DNA of 64,000 nt from Shigella phage Silverhawkium, in the sequence record MK562505, one strand, 5' to 3'. Under the pieces are notes generated by a model. It was not told the origin of the DNA and did no database searches. It saw only the letters and a list, made by a program, of their open reading frames with translations. Below, piece by piece: positions 9,843 to 24,207 of this stretch (position 1 is its first letter; every line of letters begins with the position of its first letter). Made by a program: the position numbers and the translations under genes.

Positions 9843-10742
9843 ATGTCACAAGCAGATGTAAGTTACAAAGGGATACTCAACCATGTTCTTTCTGTTGGAG
9901 AAGAACGTAAAACAAGAACTGGAAAGGTAGTATCTACATTCGCACCACCTGAGTTTCGATTTGATATGCGAAGCGGGTTTCCATTAATAACTTCGAAGCA
10001 AACATTTATGCGTCAAGTTTTAGGTGAAGCTCTATGGTTCCTCAACGGAGAAAACAAACTAGGTCACTTACGTTACAGGACTTGGGGTGAAAACGATGGA
10101 GAGCGTTGGACTATCTGGTCAGATGATTTTGAACGTTGGCTGAAGACAACTTATGCAACTGAAACAGATTGGTTGGAAGATGCAGGTGGAAGAATCTATG
10201 GAGTCCAATGGAGAGCCTACGAAGGTCATGGAGGGGTTGTTGTTGACCAGCTAACCAATCTTGTAGAGAAGATGAAAAACTCTCCTACAGACCGTTATAT
10301 GCTGGTTAATGCGTGGAATGCAGCAGATATTGCAAGCAACTCTATGGCATTAGCACCTTGTCATGTTCTGTTTCAGATTTATATCTCTAACACTGGTGAG
10401 GTTGACTTGAAATGGTATCAACGTTCCTGTGATACATTCTTAGGTTTGCCATTTAATATTGCATCGTATGGGTTTATTTTGGAAGTTTTGTGTAAGATGA
10501 CAGGGTTGACTCCACGATACCTCATTGGTACTTTTGGAGATACTCAAATCTACATGAACCATATGCAACAAGTTTACCAGTTGCTTGCAAATGAGGATTA
10601 CCCAGCACCTAAGTTCGAGATTGGTATCAACCTACACAGCATGGAAGACTTAAAACACTTAACAGCAGATGATTTTATTGGTGGTTTAACAGACTACCGA
10701 CATGCTGGTAAAATTGAAGCTCCACTGTCAGTAGGTAAGTAG
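9843..10742 (+). CDS. td: thymidylate synthase (ThyA-type)
   Basis: Active-site motif LAPCHVLFQIY; 299 aa; uninterrupted ORF. Confidence 0.9.
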   Translation: MSQADVSYKGILNHVLSVGEERKTRTGKVVSTFAPPEFRFDMRSGFPLITSKQTFMRQVLGEALWFLNGENKLGHLRYRTWGENDGERWTIWSDDFERWLKTTYATETDWLEDAGGRIYGVQWRAYEGHGGVVVDQLTNLVEKMKNSPTDRYMLVNAWNAADIASNSMALAPCHVLFQIYISNTGEVDLKWYQRSCDTFLGLPFNIASYGFILEVLCKMTGLTPRYLIGTFGDTQIYMNHMQQVYQLLANEDYPAPKFEIGINLHSMEDLKHLTADDFIGGLTDYRHAGKIEAPLSVGK

Positions 10743-10744
10743 AA

Positions 10745-10775
10745 ACAAAAAAGGCTCCCATAAAAAGGAGCCTTA
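10745..10775. terminator. bidirectional rho-independent terminator between convergent genes
   Basis: Hairpin AGGCTCC-cataaaa-GGAGCCT flanked by A-run and T-rich tract. Confidence 0.55.
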
Positions 10776-10778
10776 TAA

Positions 10779-11153
10779 CTATTTGTTTTTATTGTTCTGT
10801 GTATTTTGCTCAGTAATTGCTTGCAAAGCTGATACAGATTGTGCTAAGTTGTTAACACTGTCAGAGAATTTATCAAGGGTTTTGGTCAACTTAGCGTTTT
10901 CACCCTTTACGTTCTCTAGCTGAACTTTCTGGTTCTCCATCCCTAACTGTAAAAGTTTCATATCAGATTGCAAATCACGAATTGCTGAGTAGTTACCTTT
11001 AGAGTAACCATCCAACTGCTGTAATTTTGTATTGATAGAAACTTCCTGCTTACCGTCAGAGACCTGCATCGTAGTGTACATTCCAATCACACTGAAAATA
11101 CCCACAACAATTGCACCAATGTTATTCTTAAAAGCCTCTTCAATCCACTTCAT
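10779..11153 (-). CDS. membrane-anchored coiled-coil protein (124 aa)
   Basis: N-terminal hydrophobic helix then Q/L-rich heptad-like region; downstream of tail fibres. Confidence 0.4.
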   Translation of the reverse strand: MKWIEEAFKNNIGAIVVGIFSVIGMYTTMQVSDGKQEVSINTKLQQLDGYSKGNYSAIRDLQSDMKLLQLGMENQKVQLENVKGENAKLTKTLDKFSDSVNNLAQSVSALQAITEQNTQNNKNK

Positions 11154-11347
11154 TATTTCTCACCCTTAAAAGCCTTTTCCAAGGTATCTACAAATTCATC
11201 ATCAATAGGTGTATCAGTCTTACTCGCAAGGTATCTTGCAAGCTTGAAGAACACTTTTTCAATCATGTATTCACTAAGAAGAGAAAGTAGAAGCTTCCAG
11301 AAGAATGCCCCAAGATTTTTCATGAGGATTGCTAGGATAGTCGGCAT
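11153..11347 (-). CDS. small membrane protein (64 aa), possible holin
   Basis: Hydrophobic N-terminus, charged C-terminus; holin assignment is positional guess only. Confidence 0.3.
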   Translation of the reverse strand: MPTILAILMKNLGAFFWKLLLSLLSEYMIEKVFFKLARYLASKTDTPIDDEFVDTLEKAFKGEK

Positions 11348-11433
11348 TTAATCACCTTACTTCTTGAGCCAAGATGGTGAGAATACCTACTAAGAAATAT
11401 TAACACCATCTTAACAATTAGTCAACAAGGTAA

Positions 11434-13797
11434 TTAAGCAGTTCTAACCCAAGCCATCAGTTTGATGTAACTGTTTAACACACTGAATGCAGAACCAGAA
11501 CCAGTTGCACCAGTATTACCACTCACTGTATGGTTGTGAGCACCAATACCAACGTTGTGTGCATGGTTACCAGTTGTGTTGGTTACACCTGTCCAAGTTC
11601 TTGATGCGTGGAAATCAACTGGAGCACCATAAGTGAAGTTAGAACCTGTGAAGCCGTGTGAAGCCTGACTACCACCCATAACAAACGCACCACTCGCAGT
11701 GTAGAATGCACCGTTATCACTTCTGAACCAACCAAACACACCAGAGATTTCCATGTTACCCCTATCATGAGCGTGGTTACCTGCTGCCGTTGTTCCTTTA
11801 GTACCATAGTCGAACGTTGAAGTTGTACCAGAGAAGCTATGAGTGTGTGAAGGAATATGCCCTACAGACAGTGCTACAGAGTCTGCACCACCAACCTGCT
11901 TGATATCTGAACCGTTTGCTGCACCAATTCTGATAGTTCTTCCTGCACCCTCTGACAAATAAGTCCAAGTAGTGCCTGGGAAAGCAGTATTTGGGTTTGT
12001 GTTTGCTGCAAAGAATGTTACAATCCCAATTGGATAAATCTTCTTAAGGTCTGTTGAATCTGTTACAGCAGCAGCAATCTTCTGGTCAGTTTCAGCTTTA
12101 GTGTATGCACCAATATCTGAAGGTGTAGGTTTGTTCTTCTCTGTATAGAATTGGGTGAATGGTTCTTCAAAACCAAGACCATCTCTTGAAGACCTATACC
12201 ACACTCCACCATTTTTATAGTTGAATTTCAACTGTGCAGATGGTGTTGAGCTTGCCCCTTGATATAGCTGTAGGACAAGGTTAGTAGAGCCTCCAGAAGA
12301 AGTTGTTACATTGTAAAGTCCTGTTTTAGCATTCCAAGCAATACCATCTCCACCTCCAGCTTCAGTACCTGTACCAGTTGCACTAGCCAGCATGAATCTT
12401 GCATTTGCAGAGCTTTGAGTAAAGTATCTTGAATCTAGGTTAGACCAGTCAGAAGGTTGCACCTGTCCAGAAATTGCCAGAGTGGTATTAAGTTCTGCTG
12501 CTGAACCAATGCTAAGACCTTTACCTGTCTTGTAGTTATACAGGTTTAAGATATCACTGGCATCACCGTTACCAATATACCACTTGCTGGTTCCATCAGC
12601 AGCCTTACCTCTAATGAACAATGACGTGGCAGTTTTTGCTTGCAACGCAAGGGCTTCACCATCAGAGTTGATAATCTGCTGTACAGAGAATGTGTTAACA
12701 GCATTAGTTCTTGCTAGGACGTTTGTCAGAGAACTTGGAACATATCTTGAATCAAAGTTAGCAAAGTCACTTGGTTTTACTTGACCAGTTACATTAATTG
12801 CTTTATTGAAAGAAAACTCAGTAGCAATCTTAAAAGCAACGTTAGTCATCTGGTTAACCAGAGCAATCTCAGACTGAGTACCATCTGCTTGACCAACATA
12901 CCAAGTCCCTGTATTAGCACTATTGTACCCACGGATAAACAATGCAGCATTCTCTGTAGCTGCTCTTAAGTTTAGGGCATTGCTATCTGCAATAACGTAA
13001 GTCTTACCATTAAAATTGTTAACACCTACAAAGTTGTTATTTGCAGACAGTCTTGCAAATCTCTGGTCAGCAGCAGTTTGAGTAAAGTATCTTGCATCTA
13101 GGTTAGACCAGTTGTTAGGCTGGACTTGACCATTAATTTCCAAGTTCTTATCAAAACTAGCAGAGTTTGTACCAAGAGTCAATGTTGCACCCTTGCTATT
13201 AACTAAGGTTACATCAGAGCTTGAAGTCAGGTTACCAACTGTGAATCTCAAAGCATTTGAAGAATCTCTTGCTTCAATAAATGCACCACCATCAGGTAGG
13301 ATACTTTTCAGAGTCAGACCAACACCATTGATATTAATAATTTGTCTTGCTAAGAAAGTGTTTTCAGTTGCTTTCATAGCATATCTTGCATCATTCTCTG
13401 CATTTGTTCTCATGCCAAGTTCATTAGGAGTTGGTTTGTTCAAAGTGTGATAAACATTTGCAGACCTTGTAGCATCATTAACAGTAAGTCTCAAACCATT
13501 TGCATTAATTCTAAAAGTTTTTGCAACATCACCAAGAATAACCTCAGATGCACCTGTTGGGTCAAGTAAATCATTCCCACCATAAGTTAACTTCACAATA
13601 CCAAGATTACCTGTCATAGTCCCACCAGTTAATTGCAGGAATCTTTGAAGGTTAAAAGAGGCTAGGAAGTTTGCATAGGTCATTTTACGGTCTTCGTCAC
13701 CTAACATGTCAGACCTTTTAATAATTCTTAGGTGAAGCAAATCTTCTGAGCGAACTGTATCAATACTGTTTAGTTCACTTAGCTTATATTCAGCCAT
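11434..13797 (-). CDS. long tail fibre protein (787 aa)
   Basis: Repetitive Gly/Asn/Thr-rich; C-terminal His-x-His repeats (HTHS, HAHD, HAHN, HNHT) and shared C-terminus ...WVRTA with next gene. Confidence 0.7.
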   Translation of the reverse strand: MAEYKLSELNSIDTVRSEDLLHLRIIKRSDMLGDEDRKMTYANFLASFNLQRFLQLTGGTMTGNLGIVKLTYGGNDLLDPTGASEVILGDVAKTFRINANGLRLTVNDATRSANVYHTLNKPTPNELGMRTNAENDARYAMKATENTFLARQIININGVGLTLKSILPDGGAFIEARDSSNALRFTVGNLTSSSDVTLVNSKGATLTLGTNSASFDKNLEINGQVQPNNWSNLDARYFTQTAADQRFARLSANNNFVGVNNFNGKTYVIADSNALNLRAATENAALFIRGYNSANTGTWYVGQADGTQSEIALVNQMTNVAFKIATEFSFNKAINVTGQVKPSDFANFDSRYVPSSLTNVLARTNAVNTFSVQQIINSDGEALALQAKTATSLFIRGKAADGTSKWYIGNGDASDILNLYNYKTGKGLSIGSAAELNTTLAISGQVQPSDWSNLDSRYFTQSSANARFMLASATGTGTEAGGGDGIAWNAKTGLYNVTTSSGGSTNLVLQLYQGASSTPSAQLKFNYKNGGVWYRSSRDGLGFEEPFTQFYTEKNKPTPSDIGAYTKAETDQKIAAAVTDSTDLKKIYPIGIVTFFAANTNPNTAFPGTTWTYLSEGAGRTIRIGAANGSDIKQVGGADSVALSVGHIPSHTHSFSGTTSTFDYGTKGTTAAGNHAHDRGNMEISGVFGWFRSDNGAFYTASGAFVMGGSQASHGFTGSNFTYGAPVDFHASRTWTGVTNTTGNHAHNVGIGAHNHTVSGNTGATGSGSAFSVLNSYIKLMAWVRTA

Positions 13798-13842
13798 TTG
13801 TAAATCCTCTTATTAGGGGCTGTGTAGCCCCTTTAAAAATAA

Positions 13843-15018
13843 TTAAGCAGTTCTCTTCCAGACATATACAACATAAGATGGTTGTTCAATATTAAATGCT
13901 TGTCCAGAACCAAATGCACCAGTTGTACCTGAGTGTGTATGCTCAGAAGACTGTACAGTTACTGTACCAGAGTGGCTATGAGCACCAATTGCAACACTAT
14001 GACTGTGAGCACCAATATACACAGAGTGGTTGTGGTTACCTGCTGCTGAAGAGTTGACGTTGAATGTATGTGTATGAACACCGTCAAAATCAGTGTAGGA
14101 AGCATTACCAACACCAGCATCAGAAGAAGCTGTGATACCATTAGAGCCGGGTCTGTCATTACCACGCAACGGGATTCTGTGACTGTGATTACCAGCACTA
14201 CTTACAGAACCATTAACATTGTGAGCGTGATTACCACCGTCAGTTGTTGCCTTAGAACCGTAGTCGTAGCTTGAGGTGTTCTTGCTACCATAATCAAAAC
14301 TTGAAATACTGACCGTTGCTCCGTGAGTATGTCCACCACCAGTTAAATACACCGAGTGTGTGTGACTTGGGATGTTGTTCTGTGTAAGTGAAACCGTAGA
14401 AGAACCAAATACAGACTCTACAGGTCTTTCATCAGAATCGTAACCAACCAGTGACCTTCCTTTAGAAACTAACTCCCAAGTACCACCACAAAGTAAATAT
14501 GTAGCTGGGTTTGCAGGGTTAACTGATAAGTGAATAGTACCAATTGGGTAGCTATTCTGAATAGCTCTATACAGAGCATTAACAGCCCTTGCACTAGCAT
14601 ATTTGTCAGCATCTTCAGAGTAAGAGTTTGTGTAAGTCCAGTTTTGGATATTTCCAAGACCAACTTGAATTTTAGTAACGTTGTGAGGGTTATTCTTGTC
14701 ATCAATGTGAGCTTGAATAAGTGCATTCACTTCATCACTAGAAAGGATTCCTAAGTTTGTTCTTGCCTCTTCAACACTAACCACATCTGATAAGTTATTT
14801 GCCGCAACTAATTGCAGGGCGTTAATAACACTACTCAGACCAACTTGAGACTTTGTAACTCCATGAGGGTTATTTTTAAGTGATGCGTGAGGTGCAAGTA
14901 ACTGCTCTAATGTGCAGCGTTTATCCTCAATACCTTGCTTTAAGTGAAAGATATCACTCATATCAATTGGCAAGGAAGCTTGAGGTAACGCACTAATTTG
15001 AATTTCACCAACTGCCAT
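13843..15018 (-). CDS. tail fibre / receptor-binding protein (391 aa)
   Basis: C-terminal half dense in HxH motifs (HTHS, HTHG, HAHN, HSHR, HTHT, HNHS, HSHS x2, HTHS); ends ...WKRTA. Confidence 0.7.
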   Translation of the reverse strand: MAVGEIQISALPQASLPIDMSDIFHLKQGIEDKRCTLEQLLAPHASLKNNPHGVTKSQVGLSSVINALQLVAANNLSDVVSVEEARTNLGILSSDEVNALIQAHIDDKNNPHNVTKIQVGLGNIQNWTYTNSYSEDADKYASARAVNALYRAIQNSYPIGTIHLSVNPANPATYLLCGGTWELVSKGRSLVGYDSDERPVESVFGSSTVSLTQNNIPSHTHSVYLTGGGHTHGATVSISSFDYGSKNTSSYDYGSKATTDGGNHAHNVNGSVSSAGNHSHRIPLRGNDRPGSNGITASSDAGVGNASYTDFDGVHTHTFNVNSSAAGNHNHSVYIGAHSHSVAIGAHSHSGTVTVQSSEHTHSGTTGAFGSGQAFNIEQPSYVVYVWKRTA

Positions 15019-15020
15019 TA

Positions 15021-15320
15021 TTAGCCCCCTACATATTCATATGTGTATAGGTTGGTTGTGCTTGTACTTGCAGTCCCTGTTACGGTATCAATCAGAGTCC
15101 AACCATTTGATACAAGGTCTGGTTGTTCAGTAGCAAAAGAACGAACCTCCCCAACCGTACCATTTACTTTATTAAGCAGATAGTTGATAATATAGTTAAA
15201 CCACTGACGACCCATAGGTTCACCCCTTAATAGACCAGTGGCTTGAATTTCAGGAGGTGGTAAAACTTTAAGCTGGTTACCATCAGCATCAACTGTATCT
15301 GTAGACCATTCAAGAGCCAT
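15021..15320 (-). CDS. hypothetical tail-associated protein (99 aa)
   Basis: Positional, between baseplate and fibre genes. Confidence 0.35.
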   Translation of the reverse strand: MALEWSTDTVDADGNQLKVLPPPEIQATGLLRGEPMGRQWFNYIINYLLNKVNGTVGEVRSFATEQPDLVSNGWTLIDTVTGTASTSTTNLYTYEYVGG

Positions 15321-16177
15321 TATGAGCTTCCTTCTTGTTGGGATTTATCTTTTCTGCCTTTGATGATTTGTGCAACTTCAGCCATAACACCATAATCACC
15401 ACCTGCAACCGTTTCTTTGCCAGCAATAAAGTAATCATTACTATTATTTGACTTGCTGACCTGCATATAATCTTTGCTTGTGCTATCACCAGTTTTATCA
15501 ACTCTGACATAGCCATCTCTTACACCAGCATCTGCTAAACTACCGAGCATGTTTGCTTCAAGAGAACCACCTGTGTTGTTTGTGATAAGACCCTTGTTAG
15601 TGTTCGTAACAAACCAGTTATTCTGTTCATCTGTGATTGCTAAGGCTGAGTCAGCAACCTCTACAGGAGTCCACGCAGTTCCATTAAGTGTTACATCTCT
15701 CAAGATAACTGCTGAACCAATAGTTGTTGCAGCAATCTTTGAAAGTGTGTATGCTGTATCTACAACGTTATTCCTTGTGTTAACCCTGATTACCACCCCA
15801 CCAGTCATTGGTGTAATATGCTCAAACACTTGGCTAAAAGTGGCATCATAAAGGGTCATAATAGCTTTCTGGAGGAATGCTGGAGTTGTGTCAGAACGTC
15901 TTAGAAAGATTTGGATGTAGAGGATTGCTCTATAGGTTTCGTCATCAGCACCAATAGGACGAGGGACTTTAATCAAAGCCCCAATATTGTCAAGCTGCTT
16001 ACCAACACCTGTACGGATATTTCTTTCAGTAAATAACTGACCACTAATATCCTCTAATAATTGTAACTCATTTGTAATAGATTTCAATAGACTAGTGTAA
16101 ATAAACTTATCTTTGAATTGAGTTACAGTCCTTTCATCCAATGTTTTCTCATAAAAGTTTTCAATCTTTTGAAACAT
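15320..16177 (-). CDS. baseplate protein (gpI-like position)
   Basis: Position in V-W-J-I-fibre order typical of P2-like baseplate operons. Confidence 0.45.
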   Translation of the reverse strand: MFQKIENFYEKTLDERTVTQFKDKFIYTSLLKSITNELQLLEDISGQLFTERNIRTGVGKQLDNIGALIKVPRPIGADDETYRAILYIQIFLRRSDTTPAFLQKAIMTLYDATFSQVFEHITPMTGGVVIRVNTRNNVVDTAYTLSKIAATTIGSAVILRDVTLNGTAWTPVEVADSALAITDEQNNWFVTNTNKGLITNNTGGSLEANMLGSLADAGVRDGYVRVDKTGDSTSKDYMQVSKSNNSNDYFIAGKETVAGGDYGVMAEVAQIIKGRKDKSQQEGSS

Positions 16178-16179
16178 TG

Positions 16180-17649
16180 TTACTCCTTAGTGATTGTGTA
16201 CTGTGAACTTTCCCAAACAGTATACTGGTCACCATCAATAGTCACCCTTGCTGTTGTATATTGGTCATCAGCAGGTGGAGTTGCTTGGTTGTTTGACAGA
16301 GCAACTTTAATCTCATTAATCTCAATACCCTGAATAACATCATAGATGTATCCATAGATTCTATTTGGAATTACGTCATTACCAACCTTTAGAGTCCTAC
16401 CATAAGCATTAATACCAGTTACAATTCTATCATGGATATCCTGTTCAGGGATGTTTAAGCTTTCTTCATCGTATAATGAGTAGGTTACCTTCACAAATAC
16501 ATACTTCGGCATAGGTCTACTAAAGTATACATTATGAGGAAGTCCACCTAAATCATATGCAGTACCAAAGATAGAGCCATAGGCACGAATACCAGCAGGT
16601 TTTGTATCCCAGATTGCTTGTGCGATATTATCATTCTGACCACCAACAACGACAATCTTAAATGATTTTGGAGGTAAACCATCTGACGTAGTAGTTTCTG
16701 TATCGTTCTCTACTCCAGAAGCATCAGATACACCTTGGATTCTCTTGACAGCAGCAACGATAGCATCTAAAGTACCAACACCAGTTACTGCAAGAGACTC
16801 TAGGTAGCGTTGTCTTAACTCTGTGTCAGTTTCTTCATCTCTACCAGTTGTTAGGTCATATCTGTTAAACACGCTATCAAGACCATCTACAGTTGTTTCA
16901 ATCTCAATAAGTGTCCCTGCCAAGGTCTGAATAGCACCAGTTTCTTCAGCTACAACGTCACTAATAGTAATAACCTTTGTAAATGTTAAGAAGGTTGTAG
17001 CAGTAACAACCATAGGGTTTGTTCTCGCAACAATATCACCAGTGTCTTTATAAATTCTTAACAGGGAACCATTTTCAATTACTTCTGCTTTTGCAGTCAG
17101 TCCACCATTAATAGCATCTGCTAACTCTTGAAGGAGAGTAGTGATAGTGTCTGAGCTAGTTGGTTGGTATGAGTATTCAACGTTATCAATGATAATAACA
17201 TAATTTGTGTCTGGACGCAAAGAGTTTACTTCTAAATTTGCTTCAACACAGTAAGAGGGTGTCAGTGTAAAAGTTGATACAGGGTAAAAGATATTCCCTG
17301 CTGTACTTCTTAGTCGTGTTGTTACTGGAACCTGAGCACCAGTGTTACCACTAAATTCTGCTTGTCCTCTTGTAGCTTGAGCAACAAATCTATAGACAGC
17401 ATTCAAAGCTGTTACATCGTCTAAACTGAAACCTTCAGCTTTATCAATAGTTCCACCATCATAGATTTCTGATAGAATCTCATGAACATCTGCAAGACCT
17501 CTACAAACCGAAGCTAAGAAGAGGCCAAGTTCACTATCTTCCGAAACGTCAAGGTTTGGAGAAATATCTCTATATAGACTTGCTTTTACATCATCAAGAA
17601 TCTCTTGGTATCTTTTTGTCTGCAAACCTGTACTAGTTAATCCAGCCAT
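16180..17649 (-). CDS. baseplate wedge protein (gpJ-like)
   Basis: 489 aa, position between W-like and I-like genes. Confidence 0.5.
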   Translation of the reverse strand: MAGLTSTGLQTKRYQEILDDVKASLYRDISPNLDVSEDSELGLFLASVCRGLADVHEILSEIYDGGTIDKAEGFSLDDVTALNAVYRFVAQATRGQAEFSGNTGAQVPVTTRLRSTAGNIFYPVSTFTLTPSYCVEANLEVNSLRPDTNYVIIIDNVEYSYQPTSSDTITTLLQELADAINGGLTAKAEVIENGSLLRIYKDTGDIVARTNPMVVTATTFLTFTKVITISDVVAEETGAIQTLAGTLIEIETTVDGLDSVFNRYDLTTGRDEETDTELRQRYLESLAVTGVGTLDAIVAAVKRIQGVSDASGVENDTETTTSDGLPPKSFKIVVVGGQNDNIAQAIWDTKPAGIRAYGSIFGTAYDLGGLPHNVYFSRPMPKYVFVKVTYSLYDEESLNIPEQDIHDRIVTGINAYGRTLKVGNDVIPNRIYGYIYDVIQGIEINEIKVALSNNQATPPADDQYTTARVTIDGDQYTVWESSQYTITKE

Positions 17650-18064
17650 TAAATATTCACCTCTTCATTAATTTCAACTTCATTAGTAGAAGTCGTTGCA
17701 TTAAATCTCACCGAAACTTTCCTCAGTGCATTATCCATTGTTGAAGAGTAGTTATAGATGTTTGTTACATCCCTTGTATCAACAAGGTAACTCTTCATGT
17801 AATTGTCAAAAATAGAAGTCTTTTGCTTGAACTTAGCAAGCTGTAAATAAGGGAAGCCAGCAGATGTGTTAAAGAACACTTCACCAGCCCTTAATAGACA
17901 CCTAATATGTAATCTTTGTGCAACCTGTGTAGCTTTGTCATCTTCTGGGATGATTCTAATCTGGTTACCAACAATTTTTAAATCTCCGTGAGCTACATAA
18001 ACAGAATCATTTCCTAGTTTTGCTACGTAGTCACCGCCAAGGTTAATTGCAAAATCTGTTTTCA

Positions 18065-18065
<1 letters not shown>
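17649..18065 (-). CDS. baseplate wedge subunit (gpW/gp25-like)
   Basis: 138 aa, position and size typical of gp25/W family. Confidence 0.5.
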
Positions 18066-20808
<2,743 letters not shown>

Positions 20809-20809
<1 letters not shown>

Positions 20810-23025
20810 TATTCATCCTCTGGGTAGCTAGAGTTTAACAAAATATCTTCCTGATTCTTATCAGTGATATCAACCATCTTAGTAGCAATCTGCTTACCAT
20901 CCAGATTAAACGAGACATTAAGAGTTTGCTTAGTTTGCATTGGGAATCCAGAAGGTGTCATCATCATAGGTGTCTGGTTAAACTTAGTTGCAAAGTTGTT
21001 TAGAGACTCAGACAGGTTATTCATAATAATATCCCAATTCGACAAACCATTATCAACTCTCTGAATATTTCCAGAGGCATCTGTGGTATATTGTGCAAAC
21101 TGGAGTTGTCCATTCTGGTCAAAGAACATAGGGCGTTTAGCATTGGTAATCCCAGCAGTAGCTTCGTTGAAAGGATTTGGTGTATTAACATCACTAAACC
21201 TCTTTCCAGCATTAGGGTCAGAAGACCTAGATAGTGCCATTGTTGCCAAGGCTACCTTTACTTGAGGTGGCATTAAAAATGGAGATGCTCTTGGTGCAAC
21301 TTTCTCAGCCACCTCAATGCCAAATCTCTGAAGAATCTTTCGTACAATTGCTGTATCAAAGAATCCAGTGATAAGCTTCGCCACTTTAGCAACGGTTGCT
21401 ACAGCACCACCAATAGCAACAACCGTTGCAAGGAACTCTGAAGCTTCTTTCACTAACTTCTGCTGTCCAGCATCCATTTCCTTGTAATAACCCATTGCTG
21501 TGTAGTACAATGAAGAAATGCGGTACATAATATCTGTCACGAAGTCTAGAAAGTTACTAGCACCTTTCAAAAGGTAACCAATACCAGTACCAAGAGCTTC
21601 AGAAGTACCTAAAGAGCCTTGCAAGAACATTGCAACTGAGTTAGATAGCTGTGAAATACCATCACTAGAGTTATTAAACAGGGCTACCAGAGTGTTATCC
21701 CACATAGCCTTTGCCTGACCCATAGATGTTGCTGTCTGCTTGGAAACGGCATTCATACCACCTGCTGCATCCACCAACTCTCTCATTTTCTCAGAGACTT
21801 TTGGAAGAACATCTTTAGCAAGCAACTTACCGTCTTGCATCAACTTATCAAGCTCCTGTGGAGTCTTGCCAATAGCATCAGAGAATAACTGAACAGCACC
21901 TGCTAAACGGTCACCTAACTGACCACGAAGTTCTTCAGCCTGAATCTTACCTTTAGATGCCATCTGTTGGAAAGCAACCATGATACCTTTCAAGTCTTCA
22001 TCAGATGCCCCTCTAATACGAGAGAACATTGCAGCATTTTTATAGAACTCTTGAGTACCCTGAAAACCTAGTGTTGGTTGAGCACCAGCAGCAAAGTTTG
22101 AGTACTGTTTCATAGTGTCTGTATAGTTCTGACCAATCTGGTGAGCGAACGTTGCAGCGAACATTCTAGCTTGCTGTGTATCTCCACCAAAAATAGCTGT
22201 GGAAGCTAATTGTGCAGACTGTCTTTTAATACCAGCATCAATTGTCTTTTGAGCTAATTCAATCATAGCATATGCAGATACAAATCCACCGATTAACTGT
22301 CTCAGTGATGAGTTTGCTCTATCCTGTAGCCATGCTGATTCTTTGACTGCCTTAAGTCTAGCATTTTCTGCAATAACCCAACGTTTGGTTGTGTCAATGA
22401 GCTTTTTAACTTCCATCTCATATTCACCAACCTTTCCACTCCCTTTATACTTGTTATAGATGCCTTGTAAGTTTCCTCTAAAGGAAGCAGCCATTTGGTT
22501 TCCTTGTCCACCAATTGTTTCAAGACGACGAGTTAACCCAGAATAGAAGTTGTTATTAAACATCCTTTCCATCTGTCTCTGAGCAATATCCGGTCTTACT
22601 CTTGGTGAACCACCACTACCACCTGTTGGTGGAATATTATTACCACGGCCTTTACCAGTTCCACCACGAATATTAACTTTACCTTCAACATTCATAGCTT
22701 GTCTTAAAACCTTGTTAATTTCTTTGGCTGTTTTCTTACCTTGTGTCTCTAATTTACGGAGAGACTTAACACCTTGAGAATCCAAGTTTAGGGCGTTATT
22801 TAGGGATTTATTGATTCTGCCCGAAGCAGTCTGAGCGTTTTTAACAAGTCTGTTTAAAGCTTCTTGAGAACTTTTATTAGGCTTCACATCAAAAGCTTTG
22901 TTAATATTTCTTTCAATACGTTGAGCGGATTGCATAGCCATCTTTTCAACTCTTTGTAAGCCTTTAACTACTTTTTCACTGAATCCAAGTTCAACAATAA
23001 AACTATCAACTGTATACTGTGCCAT
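20809..23025 (-). CDS. tail tape measure protein
   Basis: 738 aa, Ala/Gln/Lys-rich helical with Gly-rich segment [20 protein letters not shown]; follows chaperone pair. Confidence 0.65.
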
Positions 23026-23252
23026 TAAATTTTACCTGCCTTTCTAAGTTCGTTGTAGGCCATTTCTTCTTTGTATGACTTTTGAATTTCAAGGTATTGA
23101 CGAAGAGATAATAGGTCAACGAAAGTCATTGAGAAAAGTTGGTCAAGTGTTTCTTTACACCCTTCCATACCATAAATGGCAAGCACAAATTTCATCTCAT
23201 CTGCTTCTTCATAAGTTGCTTCTACAGCCCCGTCAGTCAGCGGGGTCTGCAT
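23025..23252 (-). CDS. tail assembly chaperone (distal part)
   Basis: Small acidic ORF between chaperone and tape measure. Confidence 0.4.
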   Translation of the reverse strand: MQTPLTDGAVEATYEEADEMKFVLAIYGMEGCKETLDQLFSMTFVDLLSLRQYLEIQKSYKEEMAYNELRKAGKI

Positions 23253-23260
23253 AGCATATC

Positions 23261-23668
23261 TTAAGCTTCCTGAGAAGTTAGGCTTTTGAAAATGCTTGCC
23301 TCGAAAAAACTTCCGAAGTTTGCCTCCAAAGCAAATGCCAAGAAGTCAATAAACTCACCATAGTTTGCTTGGAAGTAACTATCAATTTTTAGTGGGAAAT
23401 CATCTACCGTTGCTCCCTGAAAAAGCAACTCTGCCATTGAGTCAAGATTTAACTCATCAATTTTATCAAAGCAAGCTTCCACAAGTTCTTTGAAAGGAAC
23501 TTTAGGAGCATCAGCATTTCCATCTTTTCCAGCAAGACTTGTCATCATCTGAGCAAATGTTGGAACAACTACTTTACCAAGCTTCATAGAAATCTTGATA
23601 CCTTCTCTTGCACCAAGAAGAATGATTGTTACCTTCTTGCCGTTAATAATTTTAGTTTCTGTTTTCAT
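23261..23668 (-). CDS. tail assembly chaperone
   Basis: 135 aa ORF between tube and tape measure genes. Confidence 0.45.
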   Translation of the reverse strand: MKTETKIINGKKVTIILLGAREGIKISMKLGKVVVPTFAQMMTSLAGKDGNADAPKVPFKELVEACFDKIDELNLDSMAELLFQGATVDDFPLKIDSYFQANYGEFIDFLAFALEANFGSFFEASIFKSLTSQEA

Positions 23669-23745
23669 TGTGATTCCTTAAATTTTGGTGGTATAAAAAC
23701 ACAAAAGGGGAAGACCTTTTACAGTCTCCCCCTTATTAGGATATT

Positions 23746-24192
23746 TTAAACACTTGACGCAGGAATTGTTGAAGTGTAGTCTAGCTTCTCACAACCGAAA
23801 ATCCAAGTTTTGGAGTTCTGGTCACGACCTAGTTCAATCTGTGGCAGTTCTTGCAACCAAGCATTAATACCTGTTGCTAAGACTGAACCAGATGGGTCGT
23901 AAATAACGAAGTTAGAAGAGATATCTTCTTCAAGTTCCATATCATCTTGTTTAGCTTGAATTGCAGAAAGCATCTGATTAGAGAGTGAAGTTTGCATTAA
24001 CTCAATCTCAATAGTACCTGTCTTATCTGCGTTTCTTGTCAGAGCTACTTGACCACCTGCACCTACAACTGGCGTAACAAGTGGAGAAGTTCTCTGAAGA
24101 CGTAAGAATGAATCTGGGGCAAAGCCTTCAATGGCAATACCATTCCAGCTACAAACTACATCTTTAGGGGAATATTGCTGATACATAGCCAT
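23746..24192 (-). CDS. tail tube protein
   Basis: 148 aa, directly downstream of sheath gene. Confidence 0.55.
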   Translation of the reverse strand: MAMYQQYSPKDVVCSWNGIAIEGFAPDSFLRLQRTSPLVTPVVGAGGQVALTRNADKTGTIEIELMQTSLSNQMLSAIQAKQDDMELEEDISSNFVIYDPSGSVLATGINAWLQELPQIELGRDQNSKTWIFGCEKLDYTSTIPASSV

Positions 24193-24207
24193 TCCTAATT
24201 ACTCCTT

